Source of the DNA: an uncultured Bacteroidota bacterium
Lineage (GTDB): Bacteria > Bacteroidota > Bacteroidia > Flavobacteriales > Flavobacteriaceae
DNA: 64,000 bases
Assembly (NCBI GenBank): GCA_902560045.1
Contig: CACEKJ010000004.1
Span: 12,224 to 76,223, forward strand
Reading direction: 5' to 3'
The position numbers were made by a program, and so were the translations under genes. Shown here piece by piece: positions 19,301 through 27,614 of the stretch; positions within the stretch are counted from its first letter, which is position 1, and each line of letters starts with the position of its first letter. The notes below the pieces were generated by a model. That model did not search any database and had not been told where the DNA came from. It saw only the letters and a program-made list of their open reading frames with translations.

Positions 19301-19632
19301 ATCCCCAGACTGTGTATGCGAGAGTTGAAAGCAACAATGCATTTGATTGTTTTAGCACTACAAGTTTTGATCTTGTAATTTGTTTAATTCCGGAAGGAAT
19401 ATCTCCAAATAATGATGGATATAATGATAGTTTTGAACTTAAAGGATATGATGTCAAAAGTTTAAAAATATACAATAGATATGGAAAGCTGGTATTTAGT
19501 ACAACAAACTATAATGACACATGGGAAGGACAATCAAATGAAGGAAATAAATTACCTGTTGGAACTTATTTTTATCATATGATTTACGATGAAAATTTAG
19601 AAAAAACAGGATGGGTATATGTAAACTATTAA
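16345..19632 (+). CDS. T9SS type-B (gliding-motility-associated C-terminal domain) cargo protein 1, 1,095 aa multidomain surface protein
   Basis: TTG start and signal peptide (…HLTTYAQQ). Two ~200-aa CUB-like/Cys-rich repeats are followed by a Cys-containing 'DDDVWF' domain and an Ig-like module. Next come two copies of the 'FDL..QN..IL.GQ....V.Y..S..DA..G.N......Y.N..NPQ..YARVE' repeat. The C-terminus PEGISPNNDGYNDSFEL...VGTYFYHMIY...VYVNY is the TIGR04131-type CTD. Confidence 0.85.
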   Translation: MRYIIIFVLSIFHLTTYAQQNLTVDCTAGPVSTTFCYDTGLDNSYTFTSNDGTPLNLTIDEGQVENNWDELVIRDSDGTELYNGYGNVGDISGLTFQSSGDTIEFEVVEDGSISCVSSGYIPITFTVSCATCINPQVNYEVVSDCLNAPQFFVDVDVVDLGSAGSLTLSDNQGNSSSVNNTGTVQFGPYANNTDVQFTAENDDDVNCSISSGSLTQEYCAVTLVDCGVGPVSSSYCSGNNDTTQFEYVSSDGSPLNLTIDSGNVENNYDELVIVDSDGVTELYNGYGNSGDITGLTFQSSGNTIYFSVISDGSVSCQSGSGALADGINYTVACATCTNPSAEYTVIDDCANGDQFLIDVNITSMGDADSLTISDNYSTNTEQTTTTGIVQMGPYPFLTDIVITTSNDQDVNCVINSNPIQLFACPPENDNCSGAIEAVVNADQSCSLTTQGTLSGASYSGNDSSCLADMDDDVWFSFSALSEVQSISIQNISGSTSNLGHALYVGTGDVLCSTLEELYCVNETASVTTDLTIGVTYHVRVFSIGQEPQDVNFDLCISDAPDNTVCDNATNFCGEGGALYGANIFDYPSLGQIACLYTTPNPSWNTIQIGESGDIDIQITQNTAFDDDGNAVGAGLDVDFVIWGPFEAGYNFCEDGILDQGCPDPGNCPNNTSNANFYPYGNIIDCSYSVYSVENLTIENALAGEVYILLVTNYSNNPGIIQIEQTNAGENGAGSTVGEIEVDLGSDQTFCGFPEYEIVAEAPFGDYFEWYIDGEFIDSTENNSLVVSETGEYSVIVYDQQCGSSAEDSVQINLYPESYAYTTEDIITCDDSSDDGVENFDLSIQNENILGGQDPDEYLVTYYETLQDAQSGENSVSTDYTNTSNPQQIFARVENVDAVGSNSGCFSISDFMIEVTGAVPDAISPEEYVLCNPLDLSNTQVFDLSSQNEIILEGQNVDNFEVTYHLSEEDALNGVNSLDTQYQNISNPQTVYARVESNNAFDCFSTTSFDLVICLIPEGISPNNDGYNDSFELKGYDVKSLKIYNRYGKLVFSTTNYNDTWEGQSNEGNKLPVGTYFYHMIYDENLEKTGWVYVNY
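16414..17645 (+). repeat. Copy 1 of a base-perfect 1,232-bp direct repeat (partner 19802-21033)
   Basis: Line-by-line comparison at an offset of 3,388 bp, plus identical ORF translations (Val24-Ala434 versus Val25-Ala435). I saw no mismatch. Confidence 0.9.
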
Positions 19633-19729
19633 TCTCTAGTAGATTATCTTGTTATTTATTAAAATAAATACTAGTTTTAGTTCAATTGAGACCAAATTAG
19701 ATTACACATCCAACTATCAATAAATTAAT

Positions 19730-22700
19730 ATGAGAAGATATCTATTCTTTATTGCTCTGTTTTTAACAGGTCAACTTATACACGCGCAGCAGAATTCAAC
19801 CGTTGATTGTACTGCTGGTCCAGTTTCTACAACTTTTTGTTATGACACTGGTCTAGACAACAGCTATACTTTCACCTCCAATGACGGAACACCTTTAAAC
19901 TTAACCATTGATGAAGGTCAAGTGGAAAACAATTGGGATGAGTTAGTCATCCGTGATTCTGATGGAACTGAATTATATAATGGCTACGGAAACGTAGGTG
20001 ATATCTCAGGACTAACCTTTCAATCTAGTGGGGATACAATTGAATTTGAAGTAGTTGAAGATGGAAGTATCAGTTGTGTATCGTCTGGATATATCCCTAT
20101 CACATTTACAGTATCATGTGCTACATGTATAAATCCACAAGTTAATTATGAAGTTGTTTCTGATTGTTTAAATGCTCCTCAATTTTTTGTAGATGTGGAT
20201 GTAGTTGACCTAGGATCTGCTGGAAGTTTAACACTTTCAGATAATCAAGGAAATAGTTCAAGTGTAAATAATACAGGAACTGTTCAGTTTGGTCCTTATG
20301 CAAATAATACAGATGTACAATTTACAGCAGAAAATGATGATGATGTGAATTGCTCAATTTCAAGTGGATCTTTAACCCAAGAATATTGTGCAGTTACATT
20401 GGTTGATTGTGGGGTTGGACCCGTATCGAGCTCATACTGTTCTGGAAATAATGATACTACACAATTCGAATACGTTAGCTCTGACGGATCCCCCTTAAAT
20501 CTTACAATTGATTCGGGAAATGTTGAAAATAATTACGATGAACTTGTAATTGTTGACTCCGATGGAGTAACTGAGCTATATAATGGCTATGGAAATTCTG
20601 GAGATATAACAGGACTAACTTTTCAGTCTTCTGGAAATACCATTTATTTTTCGGTTATTTCTGATGGGTCTGTAAGTTGTCAATCCGGATCTGGTGCATT
20701 AGCAGACGGAATTAATTATACTGTGGCTTGTGCTACTTGTACAAACCCATCTGCTGAATATACGGTAATTGACGATTGTGCCAATGGAGATCAATTCTTG
20801 ATCGATGTTAATATTACAAGTATGGGTGACGCAGATTCATTAACAATTTCTGATAACTATAGCACAAATACGGAACAAACTACTACGACTGGTATTGTAC
20901 AAATGGGGCCTTATCCATTCTTAACCGATATTGTAATTACAACATCTAACGACCAAGATGTAAACTGTGTAATAAATAGTAATCCAATACAATTATTTGC
21001 ATGCCCGCCAGAAAATGATAATTGTAGTGGGGCTGTTCAAATAGAAGCTAATGATGGTGGAGAATGTATTTCATCAGGATCAGGTACACTTGTAGCAGCC
21101 ACGCCCTCTTCTGAGCCTAACTCATGTGATGGATCTGCTGATGATGATGTATGGTTTGAATTCACAGCAGTTTCTGAAAATCATGCAATTTCTCTATCTA
21201 ATATAGTGGGCGATACACAAGACTTATATCATGTGCTTTACCAAGGTGATGATTGTGGTAATTTAACCCAAATATACTGTAGTGATGATGAAAATAGTAC
21301 AGCTAATGACTTGTCAGTTGGAGAAAATTATTTTGTAAGGGTATATTCCTATACAGCCAATGAGCTATCCAATCTAACTTTTGATATTTGTGTATTCACT
21401 GTGCCTCCTCCGATATTTACAAGTACAACATTGTATACAGTGGAAGAATTAGTAACGGATGTTTTGATTGATTCTGAATGTAATCAATCCTTCAATATAT
21501 CTTCCAGCACTGGATCTGATTTTGGAAGCACTAACGGAATTGGTTATTTTGAATCTAATGGTTCTAGTTGGCCTTTTGAAAATGGTTTAATAATGACCTC
21601 TGGTGATGTTGCAAATGCAGTTGGTCCAGAAAGTGGAGTTATCAGTGATGGAGATTATAACTGGCCTGGTGACGCAGATTTAGAAGCATATATTCCTGGT
21701 TTAAATGCGGGAGATACAAATAATGCATCTATCTTAGAATTTAATTTTGTGCCTGTTTCAAACAATATAAGTTTTGACTTCATTTTTGCTGCAGAAGAAT
21801 ACGGCACATTTCAATGTACTTTTACAGATGCCTTTGCATTTCTTCTTACTGACTCATCTGGAAATACTACAAATCTCGCTATTGTTCCCGGAACAACTGA
21901 TCCAATTTCTGTTCTTACAGTTAGGGATGGGCAATACAATGATTCTTGCGAATCAGTAAATGAAGAATGGTTTGCAGATTACTATGGACCTGGAGGTCTT
22001 CCTCCTTTAACTAGTCCTACTAATTTTTTAGGCCATACAGAGGTAATGACTGCTCAATCTAACGTGACTCCAAATGAACTTTATACAATTAAACTAGTTG
22101 TTGCAGATGATGGCGATACACTATACGACTCTGCAGTATTTATAGACGGAGGAAGCTTTGATATTGGTCAGCTTGATCTGGGTGAAGACATTTTAGTATC
22201 ATCTGGAAATGCTCTCTGTGAAGGTCAAGAAATTGTTTTAGATGCCGGAGCATTACCTAACAATTCTTCTATTGAATGGTTTATGGATGGGTCATTAATA
22301 GAAAATGCCAATGACGTAACACTAGTAGTTACCGAAACCGCTTTTTATAGTGCTACTATCACTGTAGACAATACTGATTGTAGTTATTCTGACGATATAC
22401 TTGTTGAATTTTTCCAATCGCCAGTAATTGTCCCCGTTAATGATTACGTGATTAAATGTGCAAATGAAGGATTTGAATTGGAAGTAAATATTGAAAATAT
22501 TGATCAACTAAATTCATTGACTTACATATGGACACTTGACGGAGTTGATCTTCAAATAGGCCCTGATAATACGTATTATTTAGATGAAAATTCTGAAGAA
22601 TCTGGAGAATTTACCGTAACGGTATTTGATGATTTGACCTACTGCTGGAATTCTACAACAATTGATATTGAATTTTATGAAAATAGATATTGTGTTGATC

Positions 22701-22960
22701 TTCCTCAAGGCTTATCACCCAACGGAGACGGTTTCAATGATTGTTTAATTTTAGATCATTTGGAAGACGAAGAAGATATAGACAGAATTGATGTATTTAA
22801 CAGATATGGAACTAAAATATATGAGTTAAATGATTATGTTGATCAGTGGTGTGGTGATAATCAGGATGGTGAAATAATGCCTGTAGGCACCTATTTTTAT
22901 ATCATTTATTTTAATTCATCTAAAGAGCCGATAACAAGTTGGATTTATCTTAACTATTAA
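19730..22960 (+). CDS. T9SS type-B cargo protein 2, 1,076 aa, with a choice-of-anchor-L-like domain
   Basis: ATG start and a different signal peptide (MRRYLFFIALFLTGQLIHAQQ). The N-terminal 411-aa module is identical to cargo 1, followed by a diverged 'DDDVWF' domain. The next region (TVEELVTDVLIDS...SILEFNFVP.SNNISFDFIFAAEEY...TDAFAFLL) resembles choice-of-anchor L. Ig-like modules follow, and the C-terminus PQGLSPNGDGFNDCLIL...VGTYFYIIYF...IYLNY is a type-B CTD. Confidence 0.85.
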   Translation: MRRYLFFIALFLTGQLIHAQQNSTVDCTAGPVSTTFCYDTGLDNSYTFTSNDGTPLNLTIDEGQVENNWDELVIRDSDGTELYNGYGNVGDISGLTFQSSGDTIEFEVVEDGSISCVSSGYIPITFTVSCATCINPQVNYEVVSDCLNAPQFFVDVDVVDLGSAGSLTLSDNQGNSSSVNNTGTVQFGPYANNTDVQFTAENDDDVNCSISSGSLTQEYCAVTLVDCGVGPVSSSYCSGNNDTTQFEYVSSDGSPLNLTIDSGNVENNYDELVIVDSDGVTELYNGYGNSGDITGLTFQSSGNTIYFSVISDGSVSCQSGSGALADGINYTVACATCTNPSAEYTVIDDCANGDQFLIDVNITSMGDADSLTISDNYSTNTEQTTTTGIVQMGPYPFLTDIVITTSNDQDVNCVINSNPIQLFACPPENDNCSGAVQIEANDGGECISSGSGTLVAATPSSEPNSCDGSADDDVWFEFTAVSENHAISLSNIVGDTQDLYHVLYQGDDCGNLTQIYCSDDENSTANDLSVGENYFVRVYSYTANELSNLTFDICVFTVPPPIFTSTTLYTVEELVTDVLIDSECNQSFNISSSTGSDFGSTNGIGYFESNGSSWPFENGLIMTSGDVANAVGPESGVISDGDYNWPGDADLEAYIPGLNAGDTNNASILEFNFVPVSNNISFDFIFAAEEYGTFQCTFTDAFAFLLTDSSGNTTNLAIVPGTTDPISVLTVRDGQYNDSCESVNEEWFADYYGPGGLPPLTSPTNFLGHTEVMTAQSNVTPNELYTIKLVVADDGDTLYDSAVFIDGGSFDIGQLDLGEDILVSSGNALCEGQEIVLDAGALPNNSSIEWFMDGSLIENANDVTLVVTETAFYSATITVDNTDCSYSDDILVEFFQSPVIVPVNDYVIKCANEGFELEVNIENIDQLNSLTYIWTLDGVDLQIGPDNTYYLDENSEESGEFTVTVFDDLTYCWNSTTIDIEFYENRYCVDLPQGLSPNGDGFNDCLILDHLEDEEDIDRIDVFNRYGTKIYELNDYVDQWCGDNQDGEIMPVGTYFYIIYFNSSKEPITSWIYLNY
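19802..21033 (+). repeat. Copy 2 of the base-perfect 1,232-bp direct repeat
   Basis: See copy 1. Just upstream of the repeat (19784-19801 versus 16396-16413) there are 3 mismatches, and further upstream the sequences are unrelated. Immediately downstream, nucleotide identity collapses. Confidence 0.9.
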
Positions 22961-22970
22961 TAAATTAATT

Positions 22971-23882
22971 ATGAAAAAAAGAGTTTTAGTTATACTTATT
23001 TTGCTAATTGCATTTAATATTAATGCACAGCAAGACCCACAGTATACGCAATATATGTATAACATGAATGTTATAAATCCGGCATATGCTGGATCTGGTG
23101 ATGGTGCAAGTTTTGGTATTTTGTACAGAGACCAGTGGGAAGGTTTAGAGGGGGCTCCCAAGACAGCAACAATGAATGTTCATTTTCCAGCTGGAAGAAA
23201 TGTTGGACTTGGATTCTCAGCCATTTCTGATGAAATTGGACCTGTAAGTGAAACAAATTTATATGTTGATTTTTCCTATACATTAAATTTTTCAAATGAT
23301 AATAGACTAGCTTTTGGTGTAAAAGCAGGAGGAACTTTTCATGATGTGGGCTTAATTGATTTAAGCTTAATAGATCCAAATGATCCTTTCTTTGCAAATG
23401 ATATTAATGAAAACACACCCAATGTTGGTGCTGGAATATATTTTTATAAACCAAATAACTACTACATTTCGGTTTCCGTTCCAAATATTTTAGAATCTGT
23501 TCATTTAGACAATAATGATTTTAATATTGGTTCTGAAACCAGGCATATCTTTGCTGCTGCTGGATATGTTTTTGATATAAATGAAAATTTTAAATTTAAG
23601 CCGCACACATTTGTGAAATATGCTTCACAGTCTCCAATTAGTTTGGATGTAAATGCCAATCTTTTTATGTATGATTTAGTGGAGATTGGTGCAGGATATA
23701 GAACTGATGATTCAATAACTGCAATGATAAATTTTATGGTGTCGCCATCAATTAGAATTGGATATGCATATGACAGTATTCAGTCTGAATTAAACTTTTT
23801 GACAAAAGCATCACACGAAATTTTTATCAATTTTGATATTAACTTTAAATCTAAAGTATCTAGATCACCAAGATATTTCTAA
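22971..23882 (+). CDS. PorP/SprF-family type IX secretion system outer-membrane protein
   Basis: After the signal peptide comes the family signature QQDPQYTQYMYNMNVINPAYAG. 303-aa beta-barrel-like protein located 10 bp after the cargo 2 stop. Confidence 0.9.
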   Translation: MKKRVLVILILLIAFNINAQQDPQYTQYMYNMNVINPAYAGSGDGASFGILYRDQWEGLEGAPKTATMNVHFPAGRNVGLGFSAISDEIGPVSETNLYVDFSYTLNFSNDNRLAFGVKAGGTFHDVGLIDLSLIDPNDPFFANDINENTPNVGAGIYFYKPNNYYISVSVPNILESVHLDNNDFNIGSETRHIFAAAGYVFDINENFKFKPHTFVKYASQSPISLDVNANLFMYDLVEIGAGYRTDDSITAMINFMVSPSIRIGYAYDSIQSELNFLTKASHEIFINFDINFKSKVSRSPRYF

Positions 23883-23899
23883 TTGTATAATACTTTATT

Positions 23900-25789
23900 A
23901 TGAAAAAGACCTTAACATTAATACTTGTAACATTATTTAGTTATTCTTTTGTGTTTTCACAAAATAATTCAACGAAGAAAGCTGATCGACTTTATGATCG
24001 ACTTCAATTTGTAAAAGCTGCTGAGGAATATCTTAAATTAAGCGACTCAGAATTAAATTCTGATTATGTTATAACCAAACTTGCCAATTGTTATTACAAT
24101 TTATTTGAAACAAGTGAGGCGGAAAAATGGTTTAAAAAAATAGTTAACAAGAATCCTGACGCGGAATTAATATACAAATATTCGCAAATGCTTAAAGCCA
24201 ACGGAAAATATAAAGAATCAAATTTATGGATGAATAAATTTTCTGAAATGAAACCTTATGACTCAAGAGCAGTATCGTTTAAAAACACACCTAATTACAT
24301 TGATAAAATTATCAATAAGGGTAAAAGATTTAACATTCAAAACCTTAAAATTAACTCTGAGTATTCAGATTTTGGAGCAACTATTTATAAAAATAAATTA
24401 TATTTTGTTTCATCTAGAAATGAAAAAGCAACAAGCAGAAACTATGGGTGGAACGATGAACCTTTTTTAGATATTTTTTCCTCAACAATTAACGATAAAG
24501 GATCACATCTTCCTGCAGATTTATTTGACGAACTTAACAGTAAGTTTCATGAAGGTATTGTTTCCTTTACTCCTGAAGGAAACACAGCTTACTTTACTAG
24601 AGAAAGTTACTATGAAGACGAATATCAGAAAGACAGTTTGAATAATACAAAATATAGTCAACTGTACATATACAAAGCTACCAAATTAAAGGATTCTTGG
24701 GATACTTTTGAATCTCTTGAAATAAATGATGTAAATTTTTCAAATAAAAACCCAATGGTCAGCCCGGACGGTAAACATCTTTATTTTTCTTCAAACATGC
24801 CAGGTGGATTTGGACTATATGACTTGTATAAAGCTGAGATAAAAGATGATGGTTCTTTGGGTAAAGCAGAAAACTTAGGGCAAAAAATTAACACGGAAGG
24901 TCAAGAAGCTTTTCCTTTTATAACTGGTGAAAATATGATATACTTTTCGTCTGATGGTCATTTAGGCTTGGGAGGATTAGACGTGTTTTATTCAAAAAAT
25001 GTTGACGATAAATGGTCAAATTCAAAAAATGTGGGTATTCCAGTAAATAGTGGAGCAGACGATTTTGCCTTTATGATCAAAGAAGAAAATGGTTATGTTT
25101 CTTCAAATAGAACTGGTGGAGTTGGAAAAGATGATATATATGCTTTGAAAAAAATAAGACCTTTGTGTGATTTGTTACTTGAAACTGTTGTTTTAGATTC
25201 TAAAACAAACAACCCTATTGAAACGGCATTAACCTCTGTTTCAGACGGAGTAGGAACTATTAATAACAGTAAAACAACAAATGAAAAGGGTCTTGTAGAG
25301 TTTATGATTGAATGTGAAAACGATATAAAATTTGTTGTTAGTAAAGAGGGGTATGAAAGTAAAATATTAGACATTAAATTACTAGATATTGACCCTCCTT
25401 TATTAGAAGTAATGCTTGATCCGATAGAAGAACTTATTGTTGAGGAAAAAGTTGAGCTTAGTCCAATCTATTTTGAATTTGACAAATTTAACATCACAAA
25501 TGAAGGTGCATTTGAATTAGATAAACTTGTTGCCATAATGCAAAAATATCCTGAAATGAAAATTAGAGTAGAAGCTCACACAGACAACAGAGGGCCAAGC
25601 TCATATAATTTAAAACTTTCTGAAAATAGAGCTAAATCAACAGCACAGTATATTATTTCAAAAGGTATTGATGAAAATAGAATCTCTGGGGTTGGAAAAG
25701 GTGAAAATGAACCTGTCATAGAATGCTCTGGAAGTTGTTCAAATGAAGATCATAGAACAAATAGAAGATCAGAATTTATAATACTATAA
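23900..25789 (+). CDS. OmpA-family protein with N-terminal TPR-like region, TolB-like beta-propeller repeats, CarboxypepD_reg-like domain and C-terminal OmpA peptidoglycan-binding domain
   Basis: The C-terminus carries FEFDKFNITNEG...VEAHTDNRGPSSYNLKLSENRA...NRRSEF (OmpA_C). The middle region has repeated 'YF.S.R.GG.G..D.Y' propeller blades. This is the usual partner of PorP/SprF in type-B cargo operons. Confidence 0.85.
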   Translation: MKKTLTLILVTLFSYSFVFSQNNSTKKADRLYDRLQFVKAAEEYLKLSDSELNSDYVITKLANCYYNLFETSEAEKWFKKIVNKNPDAELIYKYSQMLKANGKYKESNLWMNKFSEMKPYDSRAVSFKNTPNYIDKIINKGKRFNIQNLKINSEYSDFGATIYKNKLYFVSSRNEKATSRNYGWNDEPFLDIFSSTINDKGSHLPADLFDELNSKFHEGIVSFTPEGNTAYFTRESYYEDEYQKDSLNNTKYSQLYIYKATKLKDSWDTFESLEINDVNFSNKNPMVSPDGKHLYFSSNMPGGFGLYDLYKAEIKDDGSLGKAENLGQKINTEGQEAFPFITGENMIYFSSDGHLGLGGLDVFYSKNVDDKWSNSKNVGIPVNSGADDFAFMIKEENGYVSSNRTGGVGKDDIYALKKIRPLCDLLLETVVLDSKTNNPIETALTSVSDGVGTINNSKTTNEKGLVEFMIECENDIKFVVSKEGYESKILDIKLLDIDPPLLEVMLDPIEELIVEEKVELSPIYFEFDKFNITNEGAFELDKLVAIMQKYPEMKIRVEAHTDNRGPSSYNLKLSENRAKSTAQYIISKGIDENRISGVGKGENEPVIECSGSCSNEDHRTNRRSEFIIL

Positions 25790-25799
25790 ATAACCTTTT

Positions 25800-25833
25800 A
25801 ATCGAGAAGGATATATTAATATTCTTCTCGATT
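25800..25833. terminator. Inverted repeat/hairpin between convergent genes (possible bidirectional terminator)
   Basis: A perfect 10-bp stem AATCGAGAAG/CTTCTCGATT is extendable by 5 more pairs around a 4-nt loop. Caveat: the flanking runs are T-run then hairpin then A-run, the reverse of a canonical U-tract arrangement. The stem also overlaps the osmC-like stop codon. Confidence 0.4.
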
Positions 25834-26239
25834 AAAAATTATAAAAAACCTCCTGCACTAAATCTTTACTCAAACTTTGTGCTACAGGACATCCTTTAGC
25901 TACAGCAATTAGTTTTTCCTTTTGCTGGTCAGATAAATTGTTTTTTTCAAAGTTTATTTCTAAGATAATCTTTGAAATTCTTCTTGGATTTGAAGACATT
26001 ACCTTAGTTACATTTGATTTTGAATTGGGTAATTCAAAATTATTTTTTTCAGCGCATATACCCATAACAGTAGTCATACAGCTACATAAAGCAGAAGCAA
26101 CTAAGTCAGTCGGGGAAAATGCATTTCCTTTTCCATTATTATCGGTTGGAGCATCAGTTATTATTGTTCTTGATGACTTTAAATGAGTAGATTCTGTTCT
26201 AAGGTCTCCTAGATACCGGTTTTCTATAGAATGTGACAT
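25832..26239 (-). CDS. OsmC/Ohr-family peroxiredoxin-like protein
   Basis: 135 aa with the two conserved Cys contexts (ALCSCMTTVMG and AKGCPV). Confidence 0.8.
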   Translation of the reverse strand: MSHSIENRYLGDLRTESTHLKSSRTIITDAPTDNNGKGNAFSPTDLVASALCSCMTTVMGICAEKNNFELPNSKSNVTKVMSSNPRRISKIILEINFEKNNLSDQQKEKLIAVAKGCPVAQSLSKDLVQEVFYNF

Positions 26240-26246
26240 TAAATAA

Positions 26247-27602
26247 TTATTCTCCTGTAACTAAAACATTATCAATTTCATAAGTGGCTGAATTAGAACC
26301 GGTAGAAATATATTTAAATCCAATATATACATTACTTCCTGCGTATGAACTTAAATCTACATTTCCAGAATCAGTCCAAGAAGACCAACTACTATCATCA
26401 GTGTCTAAAACAACTGAAAGTTCTTCCCAGTTTCCATCTGAAGATGGGTTTCCTCCCGAATAATCACTTGAGATATACACCTGTAATGATGGGCCTGAGT
26501 ATCTAACAACTGACTGAAAATTTAATGTTACAGTTGATAATGAACTAAGATCAATTTGAGAAGTAATTAACCAATCTTCATTAACATTACTTCCACCACT
26601 AAAGCCAGACATTTTTGCACTAGGTGCAGGATTACCATATGGTGTAATCTCCCATGTTTGCTCTCCTTCAACGTTAACAACCGTCCAATTATTTAAGTTA
26701 TTTGATGAAAAATCATCGGAGAATAATGGGTCACACCTTGATGAATCAAAATTTACATCATCAGTGGTGTTTAACATCATTACTCTGTTATCCCCAAAGT
26801 AATCCTTGGTAATAATTCCTGTGATTGTCCCACTACCATCAACAGGGAGCATTTTATCATTAAAGCTGGAGAAAGCACTTGTCTCTAATTTTAGAGTACC
26901 TGAATCAACACAACTTTCAAGATCCCTTTGTGTATCATAATCCTCTTGAGGATCAACGTAAGTTAAACCACCAAGTGAACTAGCAAATTGAGCACTTAAT
27001 CCACTTACATAAATTCCTATATGCATGTCATTTATCTCTGATAAATTAAGAGCTAAAGGCACTAGCGAATAGGTATTAGATGATCTAAGTATACAAGTAG
27101 CTGCATTATTTTCGGTAATTTCAGAAAGTTCGTCGCCATACTCGTTTGCTCCTCCTCCGATCGCTATAACCCCATCGCCTGAATTGGTTTCACCGATAGA
27201 TAAACCTTGTAATTTTACATAAACTTCTCTTCCTACATTAAACTGATTATAACTGTCAACTTGGTTAAGAGATACTTTTATTCCAGCAGTCGGATTTTCT
27301 ATTTCATCTTGCATGTAAAATTCTTTGTAAAAATTTCCTGTATAATCAGAAGAAGAAACGTATCCTTTAACCACAAGGTTTGATTCAATTTCATTTACCT
27401 CTCCTTCCACAAAGAAACTTTTAAGTTGAGATATTGTCATCAAATCTGCTGATCCATTTTCTATTTCAGCTAGTAGTTGATTTAAGTTTGCATTTTCTTC
27501 TTGACCAATACTTGCAGGTACAGAATAATCATCATCTTGGACACAAGAAAAATTAATAATTGTAAGAAAAGCAAAAATTGATATTGTATTAATTAATTTC
27601 AT
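26247..27602 (-). CDS. Surface lipoprotein: N-terminal OB-fold (DUF5689-like) domain plus C-terminal choice-of-anchor-J-like domain
   Basis: Lipobox INFSC. The N-terminal VKGYVSSSDYTGNFYKEFYMQDE...GIKVSL...FNVGREVYVKLQGLSIGE resembles the OB module of ExeM/NucH-type extracellular nucleases. The C-terminal FSDDFSSNNLNNWTVVNVEGEQTWE...EDWLITSQIDLS...LNFQ...YISSDY resembles choice-of-anchor J. It lies 12 bp downstream of the TBDR. Confidence 0.65.
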   Translation of the reverse strand: MKLINTISIFAFLTIINFSCVQDDDYSVPASIGQEENANLNQLLAEIENGSADLMTISQLKSFFVEGEVNEIESNLVVKGYVSSSDYTGNFYKEFYMQDEIENPTAGIKVSLNQVDSYNQFNVGREVYVKLQGLSIGETNSGDGVIAIGGGANEYGDELSEITENNAATCILRSSNTYSLVPLALNLSEINDMHIGIYVSGLSAQFASSLGGLTYVDPQEDYDTQRDLESCVDSGTLKLETSAFSSFNDKMLPVDGSGTITGIITKDYFGDNRVMMLNTTDDVNFDSSRCDPLFSDDFSSNNLNNWTVVNVEGEQTWEITPYGNPAPSAKMSGFSGGSNVNEDWLITSQIDLSSLSTVTLNFQSVVRYSGPSLQVYISSDYSGGNPSSDGNWEELSVVLDTDDSSWSSWTDSGNVDLSSYAGSNVYIGFKYISTGSNSATYEIDNVLVTGE

Positions 27603-27614
27603 ATTATTTAATTT

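Noticed and set aside
16414-21033. The 1.2-kb repeat as a CRISPR-like array, a diversity-generating retroelement (TR/VR pair) or an IS element
   Set aside because: There are only two copies, each 1.2 kb long and entirely coding. They show no mismatches, whereas a DGR would show adenine-specific differences and a nearby reverse transcriptase. No transposase or terminal inverted repeats are present, so this is a duplicated protein module.
22916-23161. 81-aa minus-strand ORF spanning the cargo 2 / PorP-SprF junction
   Set aside because: It is antisense to two well-supported genes and crosses their 10-bp spacer. It has no motif and no promoter-like element.
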